Positions 35,333 through 44,492 of a stretch of DNA of 54,995 nucleotides are shown piece by piece. The stretch is taken from the IMG/VR virus record IMGVR_UViG_3300027418_000012, positions 1-54,995 of that record. One strand, written 5' to 3'. Each line of letters opens with the position of its first letter. The stretch's first letter is position 1. The position numbers were made by a program, and so were the translations under genes. Under the pieces are notes generated by a model. That model did not search any database, was not told where the DNA came from, and was given only the letters and a program-made list of their open reading frames with translations. The stretch is from a virus (Duplodnaviria; Caudoviricetes).

Positions 35333-35893
35333 ATGATAGAAAACCTTTATGGGAAGTATTTTCAAAAATCACGATCATTTTTATATCCAGCTCTTGGTAT
35401 TAGACGTTCTAGTAACATTAGTCCAACAGGGACCTATCTTTCTCTTGAGGGGAAGATAGATCCTGAGGATATGAGATTGGTAGTAGCATATAAAGTTACT
35501 AAAGATGAAGGGTTTAAAGTGTTTGAAAAACAAATGCTACTTACTAATCCTTTATTTGACAGTAAAATAGATGTAAAAGAATACAGTCTTTATATATTTA
35601 ATTTTGAGATATATAAAGATGACTGGTTCAACTTCTTATTAGGAAAATATTCTAAACTATCAAATGTTTTAAAGAGAGCTATTAAAACATATTATGGTGA
35701 AAGCTCTTCAGAGTATAAGTATATGGATACTTATTTGTATCCTGAAAAGTATCACGGTGTATACTCTAAGCTATTAGATGTAGACATAGATACTATAAAG
35801 ACTACCAAGGAATTATGTAACCCGTGTGATTTAGAAAAAGAAACTTTAAAAATTCCTATAGAAGATACACAATTATTAGAAAAGACTACTTAA
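35333..35893 (+). CDS. Hypothetical protein
   Basis: Long ORF in operon. Confidence 0.75.
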   Translation: MIENLYGKYFQKSRSFLYPALGIRRSSNISPTGTYLSLEGKIDPEDMRLVVAYKVTKDEGFKVFEKQMLLTNPLFDSKIDVKEYSLYIFNFEIYKDDWFNFLLGKYSKLSNVLKRAIKTYYGESSSEYKYMDTYLYPEKYHGVYSKLLDVDIDTIKTTKELCNPCDLEKETLKIPIEDTQLLEKTT

Positions 35894-35913
35894 CTTTGTA
35901 AAAAACAAACAAT

Positions 35914-36315
35914 ATGAATAAATCAATGATGTTAATTACATCCGTATGGGGAAGTAAAAAGACATTTAAGTTAATCCCTGTAACATCAGACTCCCCTTAT
36001 AACGAGGCTATCTTTGACGTAGATAATAAAGTGCTAGCAGTTATATCAAAACAGAAAAAAGAATCATTGCATATGCTTGCTAAGCTTAATGAATTTGGAG
36101 ATCCTCAGACAATGAAGATCGGCAGAAGAGCTAATGGTAAAGACTATGCTGAAGAGCGTAAGACACTAGAGACTTTCTATGAATACTATGTAGAAAACGT
36201 TCCTGAAGTAGAAAACTTTATTAATATGTTTGCTATTAATGCAGACAGCTTTGATTATAAGAAATACTTCGTAGAAGAAAAAGCAGCTACACCTAGTAGC
36301 ATTGTGACCGTATAG
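35914..36315 (+). CDS. Hypothetical protein
   Basis: Preceded by TAACTTTG (35891-35898), followed by terminator. Confidence 0.75.
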   Translation: MNKSMMLITSVWGSKKTFKLIPVTSDSPYNEAIFDVDNKVLAVISKQKKESLHMLAKLNEFGDPQTMKIGRRANGKDYAEERKTLETFYEYYVENVPEVENFINMFAINADSFDYKKYFVEEKAATPSSIVTV

Positions 36316-36338
36316 ACTAACCCAAACAAAAACTGGAT

Positions 36339-36364
36339 AAGGGAAGAGAAATCTTCCCTTTTTT
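36339..36364 (+). terminator. Rho-independent terminator
   Basis: AAGGGAAGA-GAAA-TCTTCCCTT followed by Ts. Confidence 0.85.
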
Positions 36365-36407
36365 CAGCTTCAATAACAAGGGGGGACAGCTTAACTGAAC
36401 CATATAT

Positions 36408-38348
36408 ATGAAACAAGATTTACCAACCCATTGGGTTATGGATTATGAAACCCTTCTCAACTGTTTTGTAGGTGTGTTTCAACACTACAAAGATGACAGC
36501 ATTAGTGAAATATTTATTATCACTAAAGACCAAAATGACTTACCTAAATTTATTGATTTCTTAAAGAAATGTGTACAGCTTAATCAGTGGCATATATCTT
36601 ATAATGGTCTAGCATTTGATGCTCAGATCTCACAACACATACTTAAAAATGAAGCTAAGTTGTTGAAACTTAGTGGATTAGAAGTAGCTATGTATATTCA
36701 TAAGCTAGCTCAAAGTATTATTGACAAGTCTGATAGAGGAGAGTTCCAAGAGTTTGCACCTAGACAGCTTAAAATTAGACAGATAGATTTATTTAAGATG
36801 AATCACTGGGATAATAAAGCTAAGATGTCTTCTCTTAAATGGATACAGTATTCTATGGACTGGCAAAATGTAGAAGAGATGCCTCATCATCATACTAAGC
36901 CTGTTGAGAATGATCAGCAGCTGCAGGATATAATAACTTATTGTATTAATGATGTACAATCTACTAAGAAGATATTTGAGCACTCTAAAGAGCAAATAGA
37001 ACTTAGAAAGACTCTTACTAATGAATACGGTATAGATCTCTATTCTGCTTCAGAGCCTAGAATTTCTAAAGAACTGTTCTTATTTTTCCTTGAGAAGAAA
37101 CTAGGATGGGATAAAACAGAAATTAAAAGACTCAGAACAAAACGTGATGAGATCTATCTTGGACAATGTATTCTTCCCTATATTAAATTCCAGACAGTAG
37201 AGTTCCAAAAGATTCATGACTACTTTAGAACTAAGGTGGTTACATCTACTAAAGACAAGTTAAAATACACTCTTGATTATAAAGGCGTAAAAACTGACTA
37301 CGGTCTTGGCGGCATCCATGGTGCAAAAGATGCAGGAGTATATCAAGCTCAACCGGGATGGACCATTATGACATCTGACGTAACTTCTTTCTATCCTAAT
37401 CTAGCCATTAAGAACAAGTTTCATCCAGAACACCTACCTCAGAAAGAATTTGGGGACCTGTATGAATGGTTTTTTGAAGAGCGTAAAAAGATTCCTAAGT
37501 CTGACCCAAAGAACTATGTATACAAGATTATTCTTAACAGTACATACGGTCTTACAGGTGATGAGAATAGTTTCCTATACGATCCTAAAATGACTATGCA
37601 GATTACTATCAATGGTCAGCTTCAATTATCTATGCTATATGAGATGCTATCTCTAGCTATTCCAGAAGGTATACCGCTTATGCAAAATACAGATGGTCTA
37701 GAAATGATGATTCCTACCTCATCTATATCCACTTATATGGATGTATGTGCTCAATGGGAAACAATCACTCAGCTTAACCTAGAACATGACGAGTATTCTA
37801 AAATGATTATAGCAGACGTAAATAATTATATGGCTGTCTATAAGAATGGAAAGGTAAAGTCAAAAGGTAAATATGAGTGGGAAGATCTAGAGAAAAAGAA
37901 GGTGGCTGTACTTCATAAGAATAAATCTTTTCTTATTATTCCTAAAGCTATCTATGCCTACTTTGTTTATGGTACACTACCAGAAGAGTTTCTTGCCCAG
38001 AATAAATCTATATATGATTACTGTGGCGGGATTAAAGCTAAGTTTGGGTGGTACTATGAAGAAAGAAGTTTAGTTAATGGTGAGCTAGTTACAAATAGAT
38101 TGCAAAAGATTGTTAGATATTATGTAAGCAAGTCAGGAACTAAAATTATGAAATGCCATTCTGATGGTAGAGAGATGCAGGTGGAAGCCGGGGAATGGAT
38201 GCAGAAGATAGCTAATGAAATAGATCCAAACATAGCTTACGAAGCATATGATATAGATACAGAATATTATTTAGAAAACATATACAAGCAAATAGAGCAG
38301 ATTAACAAGATTAAACTAAGCTCTTTCACACAATTATCATTATTTTAA
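36408..38348 (+). CDS. polB: DNA polymerase family B
   Basis: Exonuclease DYE, YNG..FD, YCINDV; polymerase DVTSFYP, KIILNSTYG, NTDG. Confidence 0.93.
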   Translation: MKQDLPTHWVMDYETLLNCFVGVFQHYKDDSISEIFIITKDQNDLPKFIDFLKKCVQLNQWHISYNGLAFDAQISQHILKNEAKLLKLSGLEVAMYIHKLAQSIIDKSDRGEFQEFAPRQLKIRQIDLFKMNHWDNKAKMSSLKWIQYSMDWQNVEEMPHHHTKPVENDQQLQDIITYCINDVQSTKKIFEHSKEQIELRKTLTNEYGIDLYSASEPRISKELFLFFLEKKLGWDKTEIKRLRTKRDEIYLGQCILPYIKFQTVEFQKIHDYFRTKVVTSTKDKLKYTLDYKGVKTDYGLGGIHGAKDAGVYQAQPGWTIMTSDVTSFYPNLAIKNKFHPEHLPQKEFGDLYEWFFEERKKIPKSDPKNYVYKIILNSTYGLTGDENSFLYDPKMTMQITINGQLQLSMLYEMLSLAIPEGIPLMQNTDGLEMMIPTSSISTYMDVCAQWETITQLNLEHDEYSKMIIADVNNYMAVYKNGKVKSKGKYEWEDLEKKKVAVLHKNKSFLIIPKAIYAYFVYGTLPEEFLAQNKSIYDYCGGIKAKFGWYYEERSLVNGELVTNRLQKIVRYYVSKSGTKIMKCHSDGREMQVEAGEWMQKIANEIDPNIAYEAYDIDTEYYLENIYKQIEQINKIKLSSFTQLSLF

Positions 38349-38358
38349 AATTACAATT

Positions 38359-39165
38359 ATGCCAGCAAAAACAGAGTTTACAACTGAGCAACGTATTAGA
38401 TCCGCTAATTTACCTACCCATGGTAAGACTTACACAACTATCCCTCACGGATATGTTATAGACGAAACAAGAAGAGAACTGCAAGCTGCAGGTTTTCATA
38501 TACAAAAAGAAGTTTACAAGACTAATTTAGATGGTCAAGTGGCACAAGGTATATATCACTTAAATTATGGCAGTGACTCAGATATGGGTCTAATGTTTGC
38601 ATGGTCAAACAGCTATAATAAGATGATGAAATTTAAATGTGCTGTAGGTGCACAAGTATTCATATGTATGAATGGAATGGTATCTGGAGACTTATCCAAC
38701 TACTCAAGAAAACATACAGGTAATGCTTTGCAGGAAGCTACAGATACTATTAAACACCAAATTTCTAATGCTAGAACATACTACGATCAACTAGTTAAAG
38801 ATAAAGAGATGTTAAAAGTTATTACATTAACTAAAAGTCAGCAAGCAGCTATAGTAGGTCAGTTATTGATTGAACAAGATGTACTAACTCTTAGCCAAGT
38901 TGGTATTGTTAAGCGTGAGATAGAAACTCCTACACATACTTATAACGCCCCGGCTGATTCAGCATGGACATTATACAATCATATTACACTAGCTTTAAAA
39001 GACTCACATCCAATGAGTTATTTAAACGACCATCAAAAGTTACATAGTTTCTTTGTAGATCAATATAAAATTACTAAGAAATTTATACAACCAGAATTAC
39101 TATTTGTAGAAGAAGCTGAAAAAGCTTTGGTAGAAAGTGATGATAGTGGTGTAATCTTTTTATAA
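38359..39165 (+). CDS. DUF932-family protein
   Basis: NSYN...G..VFICMNG...RKHT and SAW.LYN..T motifs. Confidence 0.75.
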   Translation: MPAKTEFTTEQRIRSANLPTHGKTYTTIPHGYVIDETRRELQAAGFHIQKEVYKTNLDGQVAQGIYHLNYGSDSDMGLMFAWSNSYNKMMKFKCAVGAQVFICMNGMVSGDLSNYSRKHTGNALQEATDTIKHQISNARTYYDQLVKDKEMLKVITLTKSQQAAIVGQLLIEQDVLTLSQVGIVKREIETPTHTYNAPADSAWTLYNHITLALKDSHPMSYLNDHQKLHSFFVDQYKITKKFIQPELLFVEEAEKALVESDDSGVIFL

Positions 39166-39173
39166 AATCTTAT

Positions 39174-39512
39174 ATGGAAGACAGCGTAGGTTCAGTATTT
39201 AAATCAGTGTTACAACATCTAAAGTGTATTGAAGTGAGACTAGACTGTGCAAAAGCTCTAACTAGTCAAAAACAGAAATACGCTTTAGGTAATGCTGTAC
39301 AAAAAGTAAAGCTTGCTATTAATCATATATGTGATCTATTACCAAATTCAAAGGGTGCAATGGAAGTAAAGAAAGAACTAGATAGTGATCATCTAGTTTA
39401 TGTAATGTTACTGACAGAGCAACTCTTTGACCTTGGTAGTGATGACTTAGAAGAGATAATAGAGCTAGTAGATAATCATATTAACAAAAACTATGGCAAG
39501 GGAGAAATGTAA
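39174..39512 (+). CDS. Hypothetical protein
   Basis: ORF in operon. Confidence 0.7.
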   Translation: MEDSVGSVFKSVLQHLKCIEVRLDCAKALTSQKQKYALGNAVQKVKLAINHICDLLPNSKGAMEVKKELDSDHLVYVMLLTEQLFDLGSDDLEEIIELVDNHINKNYGKGEM

Positions 39513-39849
39513 AGTGACTGGCAAGTCTAGGTTTCCAACACCTGGAGAAGCTAAGGAAGCTATGACTAGTCTCAAGTCAAGTAAAAGATACTATGATACA
39601 ACAGGTAAAAGAATAAATAGAGGAGCAGGTAAAGTAAAACAATGTAGATTTTACTACTGCTGCCACTGTAACGGTTATCATATGACTAGTCAAGATGCAC
39701 CTTTAAATCAGAAAAAGAGAGAAAGAATGCACAAAGATAGAGTAGAGTCTACTAAGACTTTGGTAAAAAATAAACAAGAGGCAGCAGAGTGGATGAAAGA
39801 CTCTCTGCCATTTCCTGAAACTAAAATTAATAACAATGAAGTGGTATAA
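39493..39849 (+). CDS. Zinc-binding basic hypothetical protein
   Basis: C..TGK..F and RFYYC..C.GYH.TS. Confidence 0.7.
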   Translation: MAREKCKVTGKSRFPTPGEAKEAMTSLKSSKRYYDTTGKRINRGAGKVKQCRFYYCCHCNGYHMTSQDAPLNQKKRERMHKDRVESTKTLVKNKQEAAEWMKDSLPFPETKINNNEVV

Positions 39850-40156
39850 ATTAAATGAAGATCACAGTGTAGAACTATTTCCAGAAGGTGAGTATCCTTT
39901 AAACGGTGATTTACGTAGTGCTATTAAACACATAGGAGATGATGTAGTAAATGATCAAAGAATATCTACAGTGTTTTTACATCTAGATCATAACTGGAAC
40001 CCAGATGGTCAACCAGTATTATTTGAAACCATGATCTTTGGTGGAGAGTATGATGAAGAGATGTGGAGATACTGTACATGGGATCAAGCTAAAGCTGGAC
40101 ATGATAGAATTGTAAATTGCCTTAAAGAAGGCGTAACACCAATAGAAAATATATGA
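39836..40156 (+). CDS. Conserved-type phage hypothetical protein
   Basis: ISTVFL.LDH...P.LFETMIFGG...RY.TW..A..GH. Confidence 0.75.
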   Translation: MKWYKLNEDHSVELFPEGEYPLNGDLRSAIKHIGDDVVNDQRISTVFLHLDHNWNPDGQPVLFETMIFGGEYDEEMWRYCTWDQAKAGHDRIVNCLKEGVTPIENI

Positions 40157-40839
40157 TTATAGGAATCAACGGATATGCCGGCAGTGGGAAAGACACTGTC
40201 GGTACTATTATCCAATATTTAAAAGCTAAACCACAAAACACATCTTTAGAAGATGTATTAGACTTTCCTCTTACTCATCAGTGGTGGTTAGAAGACATGT
40301 CCACCTGGGAAATAAAGAAATGGGCTGGTAAACTTAAATCTATTGCTAGTATGTTAACTGGTATAGATAAATCAAAGTTTGAAGACCAAAAGTTTAAAAA
40401 AACTAATCTAGGACCTGAATGGGATTGTAACCCTCCAGAAATAAGAGGATTAGGTACATCACATAAACGACCTATGACTGTAAGAGAATTCTTACAAAGA
40501 TTAGGTACTGATAGTCTAAGATATGGTTTACATGAAAACACATGGGTCAATGCTCTTATGGCTGATTATAAAGCTATAGACTATAATGATGATGAACAAC
40601 CCGAACATCCTAATTGGATTATTACAGATACTAGATTTCCTAATGAAGCACAAGCTATTAAAGATGCAGGAGGTTTAGTAATCCGTGTAGATAGACCAGG
40701 CGTTAAACCTATCAACGATCATCCTTCAGAAATAGGATTAGATGGTTGGAAGTTTGATTATAAGATAGCTAACGTGTCTGATCTTAAAGCTCTTACTGGG
40801 ACAGTAAAGATGATATTATTAAAAGAAAACTTATTGTAA
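40153..40839 (+). CDS. Deoxynucleoside monophosphate kinase
   Basis: IIGINGYAGSGKDT, RE.LQ.LGT, ITDTRFPNE and HPSE motifs. Confidence 0.9.
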   Translation: MIIGINGYAGSGKDTVGTIIQYLKAKPQNTSLEDVLDFPLTHQWWLEDMSTWEIKKWAGKLKSIASMLTGIDKSKFEDQKFKKTNLGPEWDCNPPEIRGLGTSHKRPMTVREFLQRLGTDSLRYGLHENTWVNALMADYKAIDYNDDEQPEHPNWIITDTRFPNEAQAIKDAGGLVIRVDRPGVKPINDHPSEIGLDGWKFDYKIANVSDLKALTGTVKMILLKENLL

Positions 40840-41195
40840 TGTGTGAACACTGTATAACCTATGGAGAGGGTGATGACGATGTATATGAAGTTACTCAAGA
40901 AGATATTAATCTTTGGAAAGATAACGGTAAATACTTTGGTTATCCTAAATGCTGCATAGAAGAATTCTGTAATAGAGAGACTATTGATATTACACCAGAG
41001 CAGGAGCAAGTTATTGATAATCATGGGTTTATCCCATGTCAGAAACATGCTATCATGATTTTGGAAAATAAGACCACTTTAAAAGACCTTATTATTAATA
41101 GAGAGTGTCAATATGATTATCCTATGGATGATGAAGACGCTGAACTTATGAAATTTTTAATAGAAAATGATCCAGAATTCCAAATTAACGACTGA
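40839..41195 (+). CDS. Cys-rich hypothetical protein
   Basis: FGYPKCC..F and GFIPC..H. Confidence 0.7.
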   Translation: MCEHCITYGEGDDDVYEVTQEDINLWKDNGKYFGYPKCCIEEFCNRETIDITPEQEQVIDNHGFIPCQKHAIMILENKTTLKDLIINRECQYDYPMDDEDAELMKFLIENDPEFQIND

Positions 41196-41290
41196 TAAGT
41201 CTGTAAAGAAAAGAAAAAGATTTAAAATTCCTTATGTTAAAGTAACTTTGCAGCAGGATAAATCAGTATATAAAAATAATAGTAAGCTAT

Positions 41291-41980
41291 ATGAAAATTC
41301 TACACATAAGTGATACTCATGGATTTCATGATGACTTTCCTGAAGCTACTTGGAAAGATATAGACATAGTTGTACATAGTGGTGACTGCTCTAATTATGC
41401 AGATGTTTTTAGGAATATACACGAAGTACATAAATTTCTTAATTGGTATGAAATGGTTCCAGTTAAACATAAAATATTTGTAGCTGGTAATCATGATACT
41501 TCTATAGAAAGAAATAAATGGGCTCCTAGTGAATTTACTGATCGTGGTATTACATACTTACAAAATAGTGAGGTTGTAATAAACGATCTTAAGTTCTACG
41601 GATCTCCTATTACGCCTACCTTTGGAGATTGGGCATTTATGAAAGGTAGAGATAAGACTCATGAAGTGTGGGCAAAGATTCCAGATGACACTGATGTACT
41701 TATAGTACATGGTCCACCTAAAGGTATACGTGATTTATCATTTGATAGAAACGGAAAACTAGAAATGTGTGGAGACTTAGCTCTTTATAAAAGATGTCAA
41801 GCTCTTAAAAGTAAGTTAAAACTAGTATGCTTTGGTCACATCCATGATATGGATGGAGTAGACAACCAAGGTATATCTAGATATGCTAAAACAGAAACAG
41901 CATTTTCTAATGCAGCTTGTGTAAGAGATGGCCGCTTTGATTTAGGATTAACATCCTATGGAAACAAATTTAAAATTTAG
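41291..41980 (+). CDS. Calcineurin-like metallophosphoesterase
   Basis: SDTH, GD, GNHD, HGPP and GHIH motifs; TAACTTTG at 41243-41250 upstream. Confidence 0.92.
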   Translation: MKILHISDTHGFHDDFPEATWKDIDIVVHSGDCSNYADVFRNIHEVHKFLNWYEMVPVKHKIFVAGNHDTSIERNKWAPSEFTDRGITYLQNSEVVINDLKFYGSPITPTFGDWAFMKGRDKTHEVWAKIPDDTDVLIVHGPPKGIRDLSFDRNGKLEMCGDLALYKRCQALKSKLKLVCFGHIHDMDGVDNQGISRYAKTETAFSNAACVRDGRFDLGLTSYGNKFKI

Positions 41981-41983
41981 CAT

Positions 41984-42214
41984 ATGAAAGACAAATGTAT
42001 TTTATGTGATGCTGAAACAGCATACGATAGTTCTACCCATATAGATATGAGAGTAGGATATATAGAAGGTGCAGGACAATTATGTCATGCCTGTTGGATG
42101 AGAGGTACAGATAGAAGACACTTTTTAGTACCATATAATATTGTTTACAACACTCCTAATGATCAAGAGTTAGGAGCTAAAGTGAGAGAATTATACTATG
42201 AAACAGAAAGCTAA
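41984..42214 (+). CDS. Small zinc-finger hypothetical protein
   Basis: CILC...YIEGAGQLCHAC. Confidence 0.7.
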   Translation: MKDKCILCDAETAYDSSTHIDMRVGYIEGAGQLCHACWMRGTDRRHFLVPYNIVYNTPNDQELGAKVRELYYETES

Positions 42215-42467
42215 CGTTGCAGAAGATCTTATTAACCAAATGTTTATTATAGCTGGCCATCCAGAGGTCAGCTATAATGACATCCTTGATAGAAAAGATG
42301 CTTGGTACACTGAATGGACTATGACTGAAGCTCAAAGAGATGAGTGGAAAGAATGGTGCTTCAACTATCTAAAGAAAAACAAAAAAGCATGGACTAAAAG
42401 GCTAGTAGAAAGAGAAGTAGCAATGTTTGACTTATGCTATGGTTTAAAAATAGATGATACTAAATAA
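42198..42467 (+). CDS. Hypothetical protein
   Basis: ORF in operon. Confidence 0.7.
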   Translation: MKQKANVAEDLINQMFIIAGHPEVSYNDILDRKDAWYTEWTMTEAQRDEWKEWCFNYLKKNKKAWTKRLVEREVAMFDLCYGLKIDDTK

Positions 42468-42483
42468 TTAATAAATTTGCAAT

Positions 42484-42759
42484 ATGTACAAAGCAGACGT
42501 TTTATATGAGGATACATGTATTAGAGTGTACGATCCAGAGAAAAAAGAGTTAATAGCAGTTTTTAAAACCTATGCTAAAGCATCTAGTAGACTTGGAGTG
42601 AGAGCATCAACGGTTCAACATAAGTGTGAATCTAAACGTAGAATGCTTTCTCCAATACTAAACAAAGAAGTGGCTTGCAGAATAGGTGTAATAAAGGACG
42701 GTGACAAAGAATTAATAGACCGTACCGAAAAGTATTTAACAATTAAACCTATAAAATGA
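42484..42759 (+). CDS. NUMOD1-like HTH DNA-binding protein
   Basis: VYD....LIAVF.T...AS..LGV..STV pattern. Confidence 0.6.
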   Translation: MYKADVLYEDTCIRVYDPEKKELIAVFKTYAKASSRLGVRASTVQHKCESKRRMLSPILNKEVACRIGVIKDGDKELIDRTEKYLTIKPIK

Positions 42760-43025
42760 AAAAGTATATAACAGCAATTTTAAGTATAGGAACAATTAGC
42801 TTATTGTTCTATACCCTATTTGATCTTAAGAATCAAGTAAAACAAATACCAGTGTTGCAACATCAATTAGACAGTGTGACTATTCAATTAGATAGTTTAT
42901 CTCTAATTAATTTTCAAAATGAAGTGCAAAATGGTAGATATGAAATAACTTTGGAGCAGCTTAAAGAAACCAATCCTAAAGCAGCTAAAAAGTTTGAAGA
43001 ATTTATGAACAGTAAAACTGAATAA
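42756..43025 (+). CDS. Membrane-anchored coiled-coil protein
   Basis: N-terminal TM followed by heptads. Confidence 0.7.
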   Translation: MKKYITAILSIGTISLLFYTLFDLKNQVKQIPVLQHQLDSVTIQLDSLSLINFQNEVQNGRYEITLEQLKETNPKAAKKFEEFMNSKTE

Positions 43026-43026
43026 A

Positions 43027-43149
43027 ATGAAGCAGTGGTTTAACAAAATCAAAAAGTATAATTGGACATTCTTAATAGTATGGGTGTCAATAATTACAAT
43101 ATCATTTACTTTATGGTATTACATCTTTAAAATAGTAAAAAACTTATGA
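43027..43149 (+). CDS. Small single-TM protein (40 aa), not in ORF track
   Basis: MKQWFNKIKKYNWTFLIVWVSIITISFTLWYYIFKIVKNL*; ATGA overlap with thioredoxin. Confidence 0.55.
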   Translation: MKQWFNKIKKYNWTFLIVWVSIITISFTLWYYIFKIVKNL

Positions 43150-43406
43150 GCACTTTAGAAGTAAAAACATTTATAGAAGAATGGTGTCCCACTTGTCAGA
43201 AAGTAGCACCAGCACTTTCAAACCTAGAAAGTAGGTATAATACAAGACTATCTTGGCAGAATTTAAACACTGACCAACATGGTGGGACATATGAGGTTGG
43301 AGCAATACCTACAGTTATTTTTGTAAAAGACGGAGTGGAGGTAGAAAGAATGGTTGGAGAAAGACCTGCATTCCTCTATGAAGAGACTATTCTTAAATAC
43401 TTGTAG
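43146..43406 (+). CDS. Thioredoxin-like protein
   Basis: WCPTC active site; V.AIPT..F.KDG.EV.R.VG. Confidence 0.9.
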   Translation: MSTLEVKTFIEEWCPTCQKVAPALSNLESRYNTRLSWQNLNTDQHGGTYEVGAIPTVIFVKDGVEVERMVGERPAFLYEETILKYL

Positions 43407-43408
43407 AT

Positions 43409-43672
43409 ATGTCAACACGTAATAAGTATAGACTAACAAGGTTAAATGACGGTCTTGTTAAAGAAGGTATACAGATAGTTTGGATTAACTATAAGCTTAC
43501 TGGTAATTCTAAGTATAAACGCCCCGCTAAAGGTAGAGGGTTAGTTATATATAGAGGCATGGCTGACTATTGGCAAACAACAAGAGTGCAATCTTTTACA
43601 AGAGTGAAAGGTGGCACCGTAATATTTACTACAGAAAATAGTAAGTATATACTAGAAACAATAAAGATTTAG
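43409..43672 (+). CDS. Hypothetical protein
   Basis: WQTT.V...F.TENS.Y.L motif. Confidence 0.7.
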   Translation: MSTRNKYRLTRLNDGLVKEGIQIVWINYKLTGNSKYKRPAKGRGLVIYRGMADYWQTTRVQSFTRVKGGTVIFTTENSKYILETIKI

Positions 43673-43673
43673 C

Positions 43674-44276
43674 ATGAGTCATCAGCTAGAAAAGTATAAA
43701 GACTACTACTTAGAAAACGACAGAGTAATCTTCACAGCTGCTTTTCACATAAACAGAGGAAGCTGCTGTGGTAGTGGGTGCCGCCACTGTCCATACACTA
43801 AACCTCATACAAGAGGTAACATTAAAATATTAGAAAATATGAAAACAGCTCTTTATCTTGATGACGTAAGAACACCTACAGATACTATTCCAGGCTATGA
43901 GCCTTGGAATGTAGTGAGAAACTACGAAGAGTTTACTAGTTGGATTTTAGTTAATGGTATACCTGATTTGATCAGCTTTGACCACGATCTAGCTGAGGAG
44001 CATATAGATGACTATTTTAGCCAGCTAGCTTCTCAGGGATATCAGCATCCCAACTATGATAAATATGCTGAAAAAACAGGCTTAGACTGTGCTAAATGGT
44101 TAGTAGATCTTGTACAAGCTAATCCCAAGCTAGTAATTAAAGCCTGTTCTGTACATAGCCATAACCCGGTTGGAGCTAATAATATACATAGCTTCATCAA
44201 TGGCTTTAAAAAACACATGGGTTGGGCTGAAGATTGTTATATAGGGAAGCACCCTTTCACTGTAGAAAATAAATAA
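43674..44276 (+). CDS. DUF5522-like Cys-rich domain fused to cyclic-phosphate-processing receiver (cREC-like) domain
   Basis: RGSCCGSGCRHCPY, then LYLDDVR, VVRNY.EF, ISFDHDL, TG.D..KWL, VHS.NPVG. Internal in-frame ATG at 43839. Confidence 0.75.
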   Translation: MSHQLEKYKDYYLENDRVIFTAAFHINRGSCCGSGCRHCPYTKPHTRGNIKILENMKTALYLDDVRTPTDTIPGYEPWNVVRNYEEFTSWILVNGIPDLISFDHDLAEEHIDDYFSQLASQGYQHPNYDKYAEKTGLDCAKWLVDLVQANPKLVIKACSVHSHNPVGANNIHSFINGFKKHMGWAEDCYIGKHPFTVENK

Positions 44277-44284
44277 ATAGACAT

Positions 44285-44458
44285 ATGAAAAAAGGGTTCA
44301 GCTTAGAGTTTTTTAAAGAAGACGGAAGTCTGTTAGGCATTAGTTATGATAAACAAAACTTCTGTGATGAGATTACAGATGATAAGAAGTTAGTAATTAG
44401 TGCTTACCACTCCATATCAATTGGAGTGATCTTTATGAAAATAACAATCGTGTTTTAA
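44285..44458 (+). CDS. Small hypothetical protein (57 aa), not in ORF track
   Basis: ATG 44285 to TAA 44458, just before the terminator. Confidence 0.55.
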   Translation: MKKGFSLEFFKEDGSLLGISYDKQNFCDEITDDKKLVISAYHSISIGVIFMKITIVF

Positions 44459-44462
44459 AAAG

Positions 44463-44491
44463 AAAAGGGGAAAGTAAAATTTCCCCTTTTT
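44463..44491. terminator. Bidirectional terminator between convergent modules
   Basis: AAAAGGGGAAA-GTAAAA-TTTCCCCTTTT. Confidence 0.88.
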
Positions 44492-44492
44492 A

